From assembly GCA_951406725.2 (NCBI GenBank), contig OX597836.1, positions 18,724,001 through 18,788,000 of the forward strand: a DNA stretch of 64,000 nucleotides, written 5' to 3'. Source of the stretch: Octopus vulgaris (taxonomy: Eukaryota). Both the position numbers and the translations under genes were made by a program. The number at the start of each line of letters is the position of its first letter. Position 1 is the stretch's first letter. This document shows, one piece after another, positions 14,327 through 27,955 of this stretch. The notes under the pieces were generated by a model. The model was not told the DNA's origin. It searched no databases and saw only the letters and a list, made by a program, of their open reading frames with translations.

Positions 14327-14990
14327 AAAATAAGTAAATGGAGATAAAAGTGATAATTGATAAACATCAATTATTATTCATTGATTATAAGAAAGATATC
14401 TCGTCTGACAGCTGTTTCTGTTGGTGCTATTTAGGGTATAATCAGGCTTAACTATTGCAAACTAATGATAATTATCATTGCAAATGGTTATTATCCTATA
14501 AAGAGAAAATAAGGATACACTAATTGATGATACATGCTATCCCTCTGAAAACCTTTCGACCGACTGAAAAATTTAGTCATACAATTAGAATAGTTATAAT
14601 ACTTATAACTGGTACATGCCTATCTACGTGTGGAAGGCTACTGCCAGCGTGAGTTAAATATATAATAACTGTAGGTATATTTTGATTAGGTCATATAGTA
14701 TAAAGTAAGAAATAAATTTTGGTATATTCTTACTTGCTCTTTTTCTCGTTCTTTTTCTTTTCTTTTTTCTTTACTTTACCGCTCTGATGAAGCTCCACTA
14801 TTTAAGTTGGTATAATTATTTATTTGCAATGATAATAATAATAATTATTATTGCAATAATTAAGTGATTATACCCTAAATAGCGGCAACAGAAACGGCTG
14901 TTAGATAAGATAATGTTTTTCTTTTTGATATTCAATAAATAATAATTGATGTTTATCACTTATCAACTTCATCTCCATTTTCTTATTTTA
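14327..14990 (+). mobile_element. Penelope-like non-coding relic: inverted repeat plus degenerate hammerhead
   Basis: ~14327-14460 is the imperfect reverse complement of ~14851-14989. CTGATGA at 14784-14790, GAAAC-GGCT-GTT at 14891-14902; the inverted copy reads GAAAC-AGCT-GTC. Confidence 0.6.
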
Positions 14991-15280
14991 GCAGATCAAC
15001 GCACTACATACACACTATATAAGTATAAGTAATAAGTAATATTTGTAGCCGCTTTATCGTGGCTCTCCGTTCGAGCGGACTCTACTGCGATTTAGCAGAA
15101 ATAGCCCGAAACGATTTAGCAGAAATAGTCCGACTGCCAGAAATAGCCCGAACAAGTAACTGGTCTACTGGTCCCGTCGCTAGGAGATGGTGGGGAGTCG
15201 CTCCCGTGCTCGCAATTCTATGAGTGAAGGCGTGTGTTGTCATATATGTATTTTTTGCATGCATATGTAAGCGGCACTCA

Positions 15281-15315
<35 letters not shown>

Positions 15316-15618
15316 TCTCTCTCTCATGCACACATACACACATTATCTTTCATATACACGTACATAAACACATATTCATACATCGCTTTTGTATGTATGT
15401 GTGCATGTGAATGTAAGAGAGAGAGAGAGAGTGTGTGTATTTTCTCATAATATATAGAGAAATGGATATCTTTCAATGAGTGACTAATTCGGAGAAAGAT
15501 CACTTTCATTATTCACACATCGCATTTGGTAGCCGAAAGATTACTGAATCTTTTGATACTTCATACATCAAAGTCGGCAAATCAGTTTTCGAATGCATAA
15601 GTAACATACGCACACACA

Positions 15619-15732
<114 letters not shown>

Positions 15733-15869
15733 AACTCTCTTTTATATATACATAGATTCGCTGACAAAATGGTTAGCACGTAGGACAAAATGTTCAGCAG
15801 CCTTCTTTCCGGCCCTTTCCATTGGCGTTCCGTCGACGTCCATTTTGCCTTTATACGACATTGGAAGGC

Positions 15870-17480
15870 AGCCTGCAGTGATTCCTAGCTTCTACCTACT
15901 TTATCTCTTCTTTAGAAAAGCCTCTCGATATCTCTAATCCTGTCTATGGAGTGGATTTCTTCTACAAAACTGTCGAGTATATCAAATGTTGGAATCAGCA
16001 TTTGTACTTCAAATGCATTGTGAGATATTATTTTGTTTTAAGAGGAGAGTTTCGACTGCCATATTTTTTCAAATCTGGCAAAATATTCTCGGTTCATTTT
16101 ATCTGTATTCACGTTACCTCCGTATGATATATTTTTCATCAATGCCTAAGTACTTGTAGCATTATTTGTATGGGACAGGAGAGGCAGTGAGACCACTAAT
16201 GCTCTGGTTTGGGGTAAGGGGCACTGATTTTCCCCAAACAACAACCAAATAGGAATATTTCTCATGGCCAAATTCCATTCTTATGTCAGCTGAAAATGTT
16301 ATGAATTCTAGTTGTTTTTTTGACATTGTTAACATTTTTAACATTAATCTTGAGATCGTCCACAAAGAAATTATTGTTCACAATAATATGTCTTGCAGTT
16401 CCAGACCCTAGAATGTAGCCATTTGATTTTTGTGACCAGAATGATAATGGATTTAATGCCAAAGCTGGCTACCCGCATGGTTCATGGTCTCAAAAATTTG
16501 TCCTACGAAGAAAGGCTGAGGACGCTCGACCTTTATTCTCTTGAAAAACGCCGCCGCCGTGGTGATCTCATTCTCGCCCACAACATCATAAGCGGAAAGT
16601 GTAACCTCTCGAAAGAGCTGTTCTTCACTCCTGCTCCAGAGCGTCGGCTGCGGGGTCATTCCGAAAAGCTCTACCTGCGACGATTTCATCTCAATCGAAG
16701 GAGAGGAGCTTTCTCCGTCCGGGTTGCGGATCCGTAGAACAAGCTGCCAGACGAGATGGTGAAGATGCCGACGACCGCTTTGTTCAAAGCCTCCCTGGAC
16801 CTCAAGTGGCCTGAACTCTTTACATGAACACCACCCTGTACTTAACTCCATGTCCCCCTACATGGCCTTGCTATTTGCTTTTGAGCCAAATTAACTAACT
16901 AACTAACTAAGATTCATAGAGAATCTATCTTCATGGAATATTTCTTTTGAAATGTTTATAACACTGGAGACGATCGTTCTGCTCCCAATTGTAAGTATAA
17001 AGAATTGTTTCCCAGGTCTTTGGGAGCCTCTCGATGGCAGCAAGTAAGATACCTGGTACGTTTGTCAAATGGAGACACTTCAGACGACAGGTTTGTTTAT
17101 TAAAGGTTGTTTGGCACATCTCCAGACTCGTCTCTTTCACCTGCGTGATCACGAGTCACTGTGTTATTGGACGACTCGCAATAAACCTAGAGAAACCTGA
17201 GACAGCTTGTGCAAAGCTTGCACATAATGTTTTGGCAGACAATGGGCCTGTAATTTTCAGCCAACTCGGTGGTTACGTTCTTGGTTATAAGATTCGTCCG
17301 TGCAATAGCAAACCAATTTTGTATGTCAGTCTGACCTCCCTTAGTGCTTCTAAATATAGATTTTAGTGATTACCTGTAAAATGTCAGACTCTTATACCAA
17401 TATCCAACTATTAGGCCCCTTCCAGGTGTCTTTCTATTATACAGTTTGCCTACAGCTATGGCGAAAATTTCCGGGTCAAC
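15870..17480 (-). mobile_element. Highly degenerate Dong/R4-type LINE RT region, split by a CR1 insertion
   Basis: Minus-strand remnants NYRPIVCQNIMCKLCTSC, IFHEDR.S (GIFQGDSLS-like), LALNPLS, FVDDLK, FSADIRMEFGHEK and YKYLGI, in RT order with many frameshifts. Confidence 0.75.
16462..16910 (+). mobile_element. CR1-clade LINE 3' end (ORF2 C-terminus, short 3'UTR, (TAAC)n tail)
   Basis: KLATRMVHGLKNLSYEERLRTLDLYSLEKRRRRGDLI...RGHSEKL...AFSVRVADP*NKLP...FKASLD is a typical CR1 ORF2 terminus; one premature TAG at a W position. Confidence 0.92.
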
Positions 17481-17495
17481 CGCATGCTTTGTTCT

Positions 17496-17806
17496 ATGTA
17501 TGTATGTATGTATGTATGTATGTATGTATGTATGTATGTATGTATGTATGTATTTATGTATGTATGTATGTATGTATGTATGTATGTATGTATGTATCTA
17601 TGTATGTATTTATGTATGTATGTATGTATGTATGTATGTATGTATGTATGTATGTATGTATGTATGTATGTATGTATTTATGCATGTATGTATGCATGCA
17701 TGTATGTATGTATGTATGTATGTATGTATGCATGTATGTATGTATGTATGTATGTATGTATGTATGTATGTATGTATGTATGTATGTATGTATGTATGTA
17801 TGTATG

Positions 17807-17837
<31 letters not shown>

Positions 17838-17874
17838 GTATGTATGTATGTATGTATGCATGTATGTATGTATG

Positions 17875-17905
<31 letters not shown>

Positions 17906-17920
17906 GTATGTATGTATGTA
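17496..17920. repeat. (TATG)n microsatellite, ~425 bp
   Basis: Directly visible. Confidence 0.98.
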
Positions 17921-18679
17921 TCGATGGATGGATGGACTGATCGATGGGTGGATGGATGAAGCATATAAACATATATACGCATACAACTATATATATACAA
18001 ATGTGTATACATACCTGCATATAATATATACACGGATTTAAGTTTGCACATATGGATAAAATATTCATATGTAAGTATATATATTTATGTCTGTGTGTCT
18101 GTGCGTGCGTGTGCACGTATAAATTTGTGCATAAACATACACAACACCACACACAGGCGGGCGCAGGCACACACACACACACAGATGTGTATATGGGAGA
18201 GAGTAATAAACAGTAGTATGTGTGTGCGTCTGGTGTGTGCGTGTGTTTGTGTGTGTATGTGTGTATGTGTGCGTGTGTGTGTGCATATGTGTGTGGACCA
18301 GTGTTTTAATATTCGAATGCCAGATAGTTTTATGATTAATAATTTTCTCGTTCGCTCGTACACTCACACACACACACACACACACACACACATAAATACA
18401 AACACTCATACACACTTGTGCGTGTATATTATGTCTGTACGCATGCGCTAAACATGTGGTATTGGCGGGGAAGCCTTATAACCTATAACGGTTCTCAGAA
18501 CACGCGCCAAAAAACTGAAGTGAAGTGAACTGACCTACAGAAATATTAGTACAATGCAACACGCAACCACGCGTATATATGAGTGTATATATACATAGAG
18601 GTGTGCTTGTGACTGCATAGATGTGAAAATATGTGCGTATATTTTGATTACAAGTGTATAAGCATATGTATATACATGT

Positions 18680-18733
<54 letters not shown>

Positions 18734-18788
18734 ATATATATGTACATATTTATATATATATACATGTATGTGTGTGTATGTATGTATC

Positions 18789-18833
<45 letters not shown>

Positions 18834-18975
18834 GTGTGTGTGTGTGTGTGTGTAAAGATACATACATACACACACATACATGTATATATATATATATGTA
18901 CACACACACACACACACATATATATATGTAAAGATACATACATACACACACATATGTATATATATATATATATGT

Positions 18976-19065
<90 letters not shown>

Positions 19066-19329
19066 TTTTGTGTATGATTGATTGCTGAGGTGTAATGAAG
19101 CGGTGTCTGTTTGATATTGGAAATCTTAGAACTGCTGCTGCTGCTATTGCCGTTGTTGTTGTTCTTGTTCTTGTTGTTCTTGTTCTTGTTCTTGTTCTTG
19201 TTGACGGTGGTAATGTTGTGGCTACTACTGCTACTGGTTTTCAGACCTGGCAGTCCATTGGCTCCTTATGGAGAATTCTTGCTAAACAGGTCGCCATGTC
19301 TTCAAGAGTATTTCAGCCACAACATAATA

Positions 19330-19720
19330 CTTGTCTTTCGTCTTTTTACACGATCCAGTCATTTGACAGCGGCCATGCTGCAGCACCGCCTTCAAAGGCA
19401 TTAATCGGACGAATCGAACCCTCTACAAGTCCGCTACATATTCTATTTGTAGCCTTTGCCGAACTGCTAAGATGCAAGACGTAAACAAACCAATACCGAT
19501 TGTCAACGGGAGGTTGGGACAAGCACATGCTCACACACACACACACACACACATACACACAGACACACAAAGACACACACACACACACATAAATATATAT
19601 ATATATATATGTATGTATGTATATATATATACCAAATCCACGCAGCTCAGGACTGTAATAAAAGTAATTTGCCCAAGGCGTCACGCAATAGTACTGAACC
19701 CGAAAGAACCATACCTTACC
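19330..19720 (-). mobile_element. SINE family 2, diverged
   Basis: GCGGCCATGCTG..GCACCGCCTT tail motif and TGCCCAAGG core motif in minus orientation. Confidence 0.7.
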
Positions 19721-19984
19721 ACAGAACATACCTTAAATTATACATACATCTGTATATGTTCATTTGTGCGGTTTTGTATATGTGTGTATGTATGCATATG
19801 TAAGTATGTATGTTGTATGTATGTATGAATATATGTATATATGTATGTATTATTGTGTGTATTTATGCATATATGTGCGTTATTTGTATGTTGTATGTAT
19901 GTATGTATGTATGTATGCATACATGTACATGAAGAGGAAATTTTCATGTGAGATGCTCGAAAACTCATTCAATAGTGAATCAGG

Positions 19985-20630
19985 AATCGGAGAAGGTAGG
20001 ATTGTACAGTAATGCATACAGAGCTGCAATTATTCAACCACGAAATGCTTGTGTCAGTGAAAGAGAGAGATGGTAAGTCACTGAAGGTAGTTGAAAATTT
20101 CAAATACTTTGGTGCATGGACACAAAGTACTGAAAAAGACATTTATGGAGCTCATACCATAAATTGAGAAAGGTATGGAGTTCAAAGTTAGCAAGGAAAT
20201 TGAAAGTGAGGTTGTTTCTGGCATCAGTGGAGTCTGTTCTTCTATACGGCGCTGAAGCATGGATGCTCGCTAAAGCATTGAAGAAGCAGTTGGACAGTTG
20301 TTATACGAGGATGCTTAGAATGGCACTCAGTGTCTCCTGGAAGAGTCATACAACAAATGCCGACTCATACCAGGGACTACCAAAAGTAACAATGAAGATA
20401 CAGCATAGAAGGATGAGGCTGGTTGGACACTGCATCAGGCACACCAATGAAATTGCTAACAAGCTTAGTGTTCTGGCAACCAACAGAAGGAAGAACCAAG
20501 AGAGGAAGGAGGAAGACGACTTATATCGACAACTTGTTGGAGGATAATGGTATGGAAGGGGTACAGGAGCAGAGGATCATTATGTGGAAACAGTCTTGGG
20601 GCGTCCTGGGGGAGATCTAGATGAGATGAT
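19985..20630 (+). mobile_element. RTE-clade LINE 3' fragment, frameshifted
   Basis: LKVVENFKYFG, VESVLLYGAEAW, LDSCYTRMLRMALSVSWK, RRMRLVGHCIRH; ends in GATGA-type repeats. Confidence 0.88.
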
Positions 20631-20792
20631 GTGAATGGGGAAAGATTGGTCTTCAGTATCTGCGGACTTGTATGTTTATCAAGAATTGGACTCATTTATC
20701 ACGGAGGCACAAGTGAAAAGCATTAATTTGTCTGCATAACGTTCTTAATGGCAATGAAGGCCTTCCTCGGGCACCAGTTAACAGCCATTATC

Positions 20793-20845
<53 letters not shown>

Positions 20846-21559
20846 GGGGAGAGAGGGAGAGAGGAAGAGAGATACACGCACGCGCACGTATGTATGAGTA
20901 CTTAGCAATGAAATTCGTTCTAGCTTTCTGTAATAGCTATCGTGTTAGATACACCAATGTGCTGCTAATATAATTATACGCGCTTGCTTGCATATATATA
21001 TCTCTGAGTATGTGTTTGTATCTGACTGTGTGGAGTGAGAGACAGACAGACAGACAGACAGAGCTATTTAGTTATCTGACAATATGTCTTACTTTCTGAC
21101 TGTACATGTATAATAAGCTGCCATTTTACATATATCCAACTGTATACATATGGACACCTCCCTAGATAATAGAATTTCCCTATCTATCCATCTGTCCATT
21201 AGGCTATCTATTTCTCTCTCTGAGTCTCTCTCCCTGCCTACTTATATATAAGAATGCTTAGAATAGCAATGTGTCTAATGTCTGTCTTAATAACGTGATA
21301 TCAGCTACATCTTCCCTGCAGGTGTGTTATATATTGTACATATGCCATTCATTCATACATACATACATACATACATACATACATACATACATACATACAT
21401 ACACATACACACATACATATATACCTACATTTGTGCATATATTAGATTATGATAAAATATAAATGGTTAAGACGTGAAAAAGTAAACAAGATGGTCTAAT
21501 GACTTAAACGTACGTGATTGTCGAATCCCGTTCGACCGTGATAACCATAACACCAAAGC

Positions 21560-21820
21560 GACCTGCAAATCACTGGCCCATACCACTGTGGTACGCCCCC
21601 TCCTCTGGGTGCCACTTGCTGCAGTGCCTTTTCCAGTGGCAACCTGGTGTGTTCGGTTGCCTGCCCAACTTCCGCTGCTCGTCAAGCCGAGAAGCGCAAA
21701 TTGTCAAAGTATCTGCCGCTCCCTGACAGGTTTGTGATTGAGCCTGTGACAGTGGTGACCTCTGGCGTTCATGGAAACCCAGGCTACACACCTGCTCACT
21801 GTTATCGGATGGATGTTTCA
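21560..21820 (+). mobile_element. Possible CRE-like non-LTR element fragment (restriction-like endonuclease C-terminus)
   Basis: AARQAEKRKLSKY...FVIEPVTVVTSGVHG resembles the recalled AE..K..KY...F.P.AVET.G..G motif. Confidence 0.5.
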
Positions 21821-21839
21821 GCGCCTCTCCCTCGCCGTC

Positions 21840-22712
21840 CCCGAGGTCGACTTTACCTTTCATCTTTTCGAGGTTGATAAATTAAGTACCAGTTACCCAC
21901 TGGGGTCGATATAATCGACTTAATCCTTTTGTCTGTCCTTGTTTGTCCTCTCTGTGTTTAGCCCCTTGTGGGTAGTAAAGAAATAGGTATCTCATCTACC
22001 GCTACGTTCTGAGTTCAAATTCCGCCGAGGTCGACTTTGCCTTTCACCCTTTCGGGGTCGATGAAATAAGTACCAGTTACGCACTGGGGTCGATATAACC
22101 GACTTAATCCGTTTGTCTGTCCGGTTTTGTCCTCTCTGTGTTTAGCCCCTTGTGGGTAGTAAAGAAATAGGTATCTCATCTACCGTTACGTTCTGAGTTC
22201 AAATTTCGCCGAGGTCAACTTTGCTTTTTACCCTTTCGAGGTCGATTAGATAAGTACCAGTTATGCACTGGGGTCGATGTAATCGACTTAATCCGTTTGT
22301 CTGTCCTTGTTTGTCCTCTCTGTGTTTAGCCCCTTGTTGGTAGCAAATAAATAGGTATTTCGTCTACCGCTCAGTTCTGAGTTCAAATTCCGCGAGGTCG
22401 ACTTTGCTTTTCACCCTTTCGGGGTCGATGAAATAAGTACCAGTTACGCACTGGGGTCGATATAATCGACTTAATCCGTTTGTCTGTCCTTGTTTGTCCT
22501 CTCTGTGTTTAGCCCCTTGTTGGTAGCAAAGAAATAGGTATTTCGTCTACCGCTACGTTCTGAGTTCAAATTTCGCCGAGGTCGACTTTGCCTTTCACCC
22601 TTTCGGCGTCGATGAAATAAGAACCAGATATGCACCGGGGTCGATATAATCGACTTACCCACTTCCACAAACTTTGCAGGCCTTGTACCTTCACTAGAAA
22701 GGATTATTATTA
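21840..22712 (+). mobile_element. SINE family 1 concatemer: 4 tail-B units (first 5'-truncated) plus a terminal tail-A-like unit
   Basis: Junctions AAATA|GGTAT at 21986, 22170, 22354 and 22537 (period 183-184). Confidence 0.92.
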
Positions 22713-23130
22713 TTCATTTTGCTCATCATGAACGAGTACGTGTGTGTTCATCATTATCTTATATATTTGATTCAATTTTAGAAAAATTAAAACATGTTTT
22801 TGACAATTTTGGGGTGTATTGAAATTATTACTGCGTGACTTTTGGCCCACACTGGATAACACGCAACGGGTGTGTTTTGATCAAATTTGTCAGAGTTTTG
22901 GACTAAATACTTTCTGCTGTTTCTTGCATCATTTTACGTTCTGAGTGCCCAGAGAATTGTAGAGGAATCGGTTTTTGCCAAGGTGACGAGATGGCATTCC
23001 TTTAGAGAGGAACATGAAACTGCTTTTGTATTTTACAATAAAAATACCATTTCATCACACAGTGCTTGTCACAGCAGTCACTGCAGTTGACGGGAAGGTT
23101 GTTAGACAATCTAATAAGCTCCAGATATAC

Positions 23131-23180
<50 letters not shown>

Positions 23181-23288
23181 GTATATACATATTATATAAG
23201 TATTTACCTATGTGTAAGCAGTTATGTATGCAAATATATATGTGCATATTTATATGTATGTAGATTCATACTAATATGTGTAAATATA

Positions 23289-23329
<41 letters not shown>

Positions 23330-23437
23330 ATATATATAAAGAAAGAAGGATGCATTTTTATACTTGTATATATAATGTATGTGTATATGCATCTATGTAT
23401 TTATGGATGCATGTATGTATATATGTATATCTATATA

Positions 23438-23578
<141 letters not shown>

Positions 23579-23762
23579 TGCGTATATTATCCCATATTAG
23601 AATTCACTTCACGTCCACTCTTTCGACATTGACAACAAAGAAATTATGAAGAAGTTGTTTCTGAAATCTCATCTATCGATCAATTTAGGTAAGTTAGTAA
23701 CAATGGATTGCACTTAATGTGGTTTACTAGCGATATACTTTGTTGGACAATAAAGAAAAGAG

Positions 23763-23871
<109 letters not shown>

Positions 23872-23878
23872 GATAGAT

Positions 23879-23924
<46 letters not shown>

Positions 23925-23935
23925 GAGAGAAAAAT

Positions 23936-24006
<71 letters not shown>

Positions 24007-25218
24007 TGTTTCTTTATTAGCCACACAGGGCTGCACACAGATAGAACAAATTACAAGGTAGAGCTTTTCTTTTGAAGGTTTAAAAAAAAAAAAAAAAAAA
24101 AAAAAAGGAAGGGGGAGTTTCGATCAAAAGGGATCGTAAAAGGAGAGAAAGAGGACAAAAAAAGGGGGGTTAAAAAAAAGGGGGAGAGGAAAAAAAAAAA
24201 AAAAATTGATCAATAGGGATCGTTATCACAGAAATGTCAATATGAAGTGTAAAGGGGAGGACAGGTGAGGTTTACCCGTGGAAAGAAAAGCCTACGGAAA
24301 AGACCACGGTAACCTCGGTCAATGAAGTCACATTTTATATTTCTTTTTTTTTTTTTTTTTGCAAATAAGCAACTCTCTGTTTTCGATTTCTGGGTTCATA
24401 GGACTATGCTCAAGGTGGCTTCGTCATTCATACGTGCCATTCTTGCTACATTCACCCATCTTTTTTAAAACATTCGCTAGACAAAACTTGCCTCTCTACT
24501 CTCACTTTCCTTTTCAAGTGGTACTTGAAGAAGTTGATGAGAGATTGACCAGAGAGGAAAGTGTTTGTCTCCAATCCTTTCAGACGCGTCCACCAGATAC
24601 ATTCCTTCGCCATAGCCACAAGGATGATGAAAATAGCTCTTCCTTCCCGTTTGAAGGAAGGAGGCGTGACAATATTGACGATAGACTCAGCTGATAAACC
24701 GACTCGTCCCACACGTGACAGCAGTTGTTCGACATAAGCCCACAGGTCGGAAATTGTTGGACACTGAACGAGTGCGTGCAGAACGGTTTCGTCGCTCTGA
24801 CCGCATCTCGGGCAGGTCGGCCCCGTGTTTCTCGAGCCGTGTCTGTAGAGCTTATCCCGAACGGGTAGCGCTTCTCGGTAGCACTGCCAGGCCAGGGATC
24901 TCTGGAAGTTGTCCATGGGCCCTGGCCCGAAAGTCGTCCTGAACAGGCGGGTCAGGTACTCCTCGTCGACGTCCAGGTTCGCCCCGAGCTCGTCGTCGTA
25001 CCTCCCTCCACTAAACCCCTATAGAATGCTTTGGTTGTGTTGAAGTCACTTAAGGTCGACCCAGGACGGCAGAGTTGCTTGAGAGCAACGCGACACTCGC
25101 GGTGCCATTCGCCCTTCCTCGGCCTCTTTTGATCCACGACTGCAGTTCGGTCATGGAGACGAGCTGCGGGAAAGCGTGCCTCACAAACGGCGACCACACC
25201 TGTTCACCGTCGTCTAGA
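24007..25218 (-). mobile_element. L1/Tx1-clade LINE, 5'-truncated (ORF2 C-terminal CCHC zinc finger plus 3'UTR), within (GATA)n
   Basis: AWQCYREALPVRDKL...CPRCGQSDETVLHALVQC...LW...IWWTR (zf-RVT type). The 3' end AATAAAGAAACA is joined directly to (TATC)n. Confidence 0.9.
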
Positions 25219-25520
25219 TAGATAGGTAGGTAGGTAGGTAGGTAGGTAGGTAGGTAAGTAGGTAGGTAGGTAGGTAGGTAGGTAGGTATAGGTAGGTAGG
25301 TAGGTAGTTACGTAGGTAGGTATGTAGGTAGGTAGGTAGGTAGGTAGGTAGGTAGGTAGGTAGGTAGGTGGAGGGAGAGATAGCTAGACCGGTGGGTCAG
25401 TGTGTAAGTAGATATGCACGCGTGAGTGTGCGTGAGTGTGCGTGAGTGTGCGTGAGTGTGCGTGAGTGTGCGTGAGTGTGCGTGAGCGAGTGCATGCATG
25501 CGTGTATGTGTATATATGTA

Positions 25521-25579
<59 letters not shown>

Positions 25580-25693
25580 GGAGAGAGGGAGAGAGAAACA
25601 TACACACACACATATACTTACATATATACATACACACATATACGTCATTCGGGAAGAGAGATGAAAAAAGAAGAAAGCAACAATGAAAGAAAA

Positions 25694-25761
<68 letters not shown>

Positions 25762-25938
25762 AGGAAAGAAAGACCAACCATAAATAGTAATGTATATACT
25801 GGTTCACGGATATGTGAATAAGTGAAAGGTTAAGAGGAAGAAAACTGGACAGACAGACAGACAGTGACAGACAGACATTCAGACAGACAGACAGACAGAC
25901 AGATAGACAGATAGATAGAGAGAGAGAGAAAGAGAGTG

Positions 25939-26017
<79 letters not shown>

Positions 26018-26310
26018 CATATAAATCGATAGATAGATGGATGGATAGATAGATAGATGAAGAGAGAAATGAAGAAAGGGAAATAAAGATCAATAGAGAC
26101 AGGCATATACATAATTAGTATGACGTGTTAGAAACTATATTTCGTTGCAAGAGGTTTGGTTATTGATACGAAATTGAAGTATGGAGGTAATTGAGTTTAG
26201 CGCAAATGACCTGAGAATGGTGGACGGGTCAGTGGAGATGCCGTGATTTTGGCTGGCTCAGCCACTATAATGTGATTTCTGTGTTTCACGAGGGTAAACC
26301 ATATCATATT

Positions 26311-26358
<48 letters not shown>

Positions 26359-26399
26359 GTGTGTGTGTGTGTGTGTGTATATACCTACATACATACACG

Positions 26400-26449
<50 letters not shown>

Positions 26450-26711
26450 CATACCTATGAGATACATATACATATATATTAAATGTATTTACAGGCACAT
26501 ATGTATCTATCTTTATATCTATCTATCTATCTATCTATCTATATATACATATATATGTGCATATGTATGTATATATATGTATATATAATATTTATAAACG
26601 CACGCAGGCACCAGCAAACACTGCACACACACACACACAAACATATGCACACCTGTATACGTATGCGAACACACACACATAAACATACACTTGTGTATGT
26701 GTCTGTCTGTC

Positions 26712-26810
<99 letters not shown>

Positions 26811-26842
26811 ATGTATTATCATACAAAATTATTACTTTATAT

Positions 26843-27650
26843 ACAGGGTACGTATGGTATTTGAGGACATACTTTTATGGGGTCATTTTTGCTTATACTG
26901 TATGGTCTTCGTTTCAGAAAATAATAATGGCAGACACTCAGCTTACTCAAGAAATGAAGAGGCATGTTGTTATTGTGGTCATAAAGGCTGAGCATAGCGA
27001 TTTAGAAATATCTCGATTTTGAAAAGTTGCCAGATCTTTCGTCTACAAAGTTTGTAAGAAGCTAGAGACTGAAGATGGAAGCGTGTCACCAGAATCTGTA
27101 TCTTCATTACCCACAAGGGGCTAAACATAGAGAGGACAAACAAGGACAGACAAACGGATTAAGTCGATTACATCGACCTCCGTGCGAAGCAGGTACTTTA
27201 TTTATCGACCCTGAAAGGATGAAAGACAAAGTCGACCTCGACGGAATTTGAACTCACAACGTAACGGCAGACGAAATACCTATTTCTTTACTACCCGCAA
27301 GAGGCTAAACACAGAAGGGACAAACAAGGACAGAGAAACGGATTAAGTCGATTACATCGACCCCAGTGCGTAACTGGTACTTAATTTATCGACCCCGAAA
27401 GGATGAAAGGCAAAGTGGACCTCGGCGGAATTTGAACTCAGAACGTAACGGCAGACGAAATACGGCTACGCATTTCGCCCTGCGTGCTAACGGTTCTGTC
27501 AGCGTGTCACCAGAATCAAAGCATAAAAAGTATTCTAAAGGCTCTGAAATCACCCGAACACTTGAATTTATCTAGTAAGTTCAACTGAACCATTGAATAC
27601 AAACCGAGGAAGTCCATAAGGTCAGTTGCCAAGATCTCCATCTGTCAGAG
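26843..27650 (+). mobile_element. Tc1/mariner-superfamily transposon 5' relic (transposase HTH region) interrupted by a SINE
   Basis: TA-CAGGGT terminus-like start; MADTQLTQEMKRHVV...DLEISRF*KVARSFVYKV...; after the SINE, RTLEFI...PRKSIRSVAK-DLHLSE. Confidence 0.65.
27097..27503 (-). mobile_element. SINE family 1 dimer (head + 2 tail-B units) with 17-bp TSD
   Basis: AGCGTGTCACCAGAATC at 27080-27096 and 27501-27517; internal junction GACGAAATACC|TATTTCTTT at ~27280. Confidence 0.92.
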
Positions 27651-27819
27651 TTCCAGATTTTCTCAGCAGTTTCAGCCAGTTACACTTGAGACTGCTCCAA
27701 TCTGGCCGACCCCAAGAAAATCTAAGCTCGCAGCGCTAGATTCCCTGGAAGAAACCAAGCGAATGTATACGAAAATGTTACACAAATACAAATACAAACA
27801 ACAGGACATTAACAACGAT

Positions 27820-27955
27820 CTTCCTTCAGTTTCAGTCTACCAAATTTCACTCACAATGCTTTGGTCGGCCCGAGTCTCCAGTTGAAGACATTTAATCAAG
27901 ATGTCGGCCAGTGTAACAAGCTTCTTACCCACACAGCCACAACTCTCGCCAGCAG
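27820..27955 (-). mobile_element. SINE family 2 5' part
   Basis: TTCAGTTTC.GTCTACCAAAT...GCTTTGGTCGGCCCGAG...AAGCTTCTTACC.ACACAGCCAC. Confidence 0.7.

Noticed and set aside
19225-19295. Candidate exon TTTTCAG|ACCTGG...CAG|GTCGCC
   Set aside because: Weak donor and no recognisable peptide.
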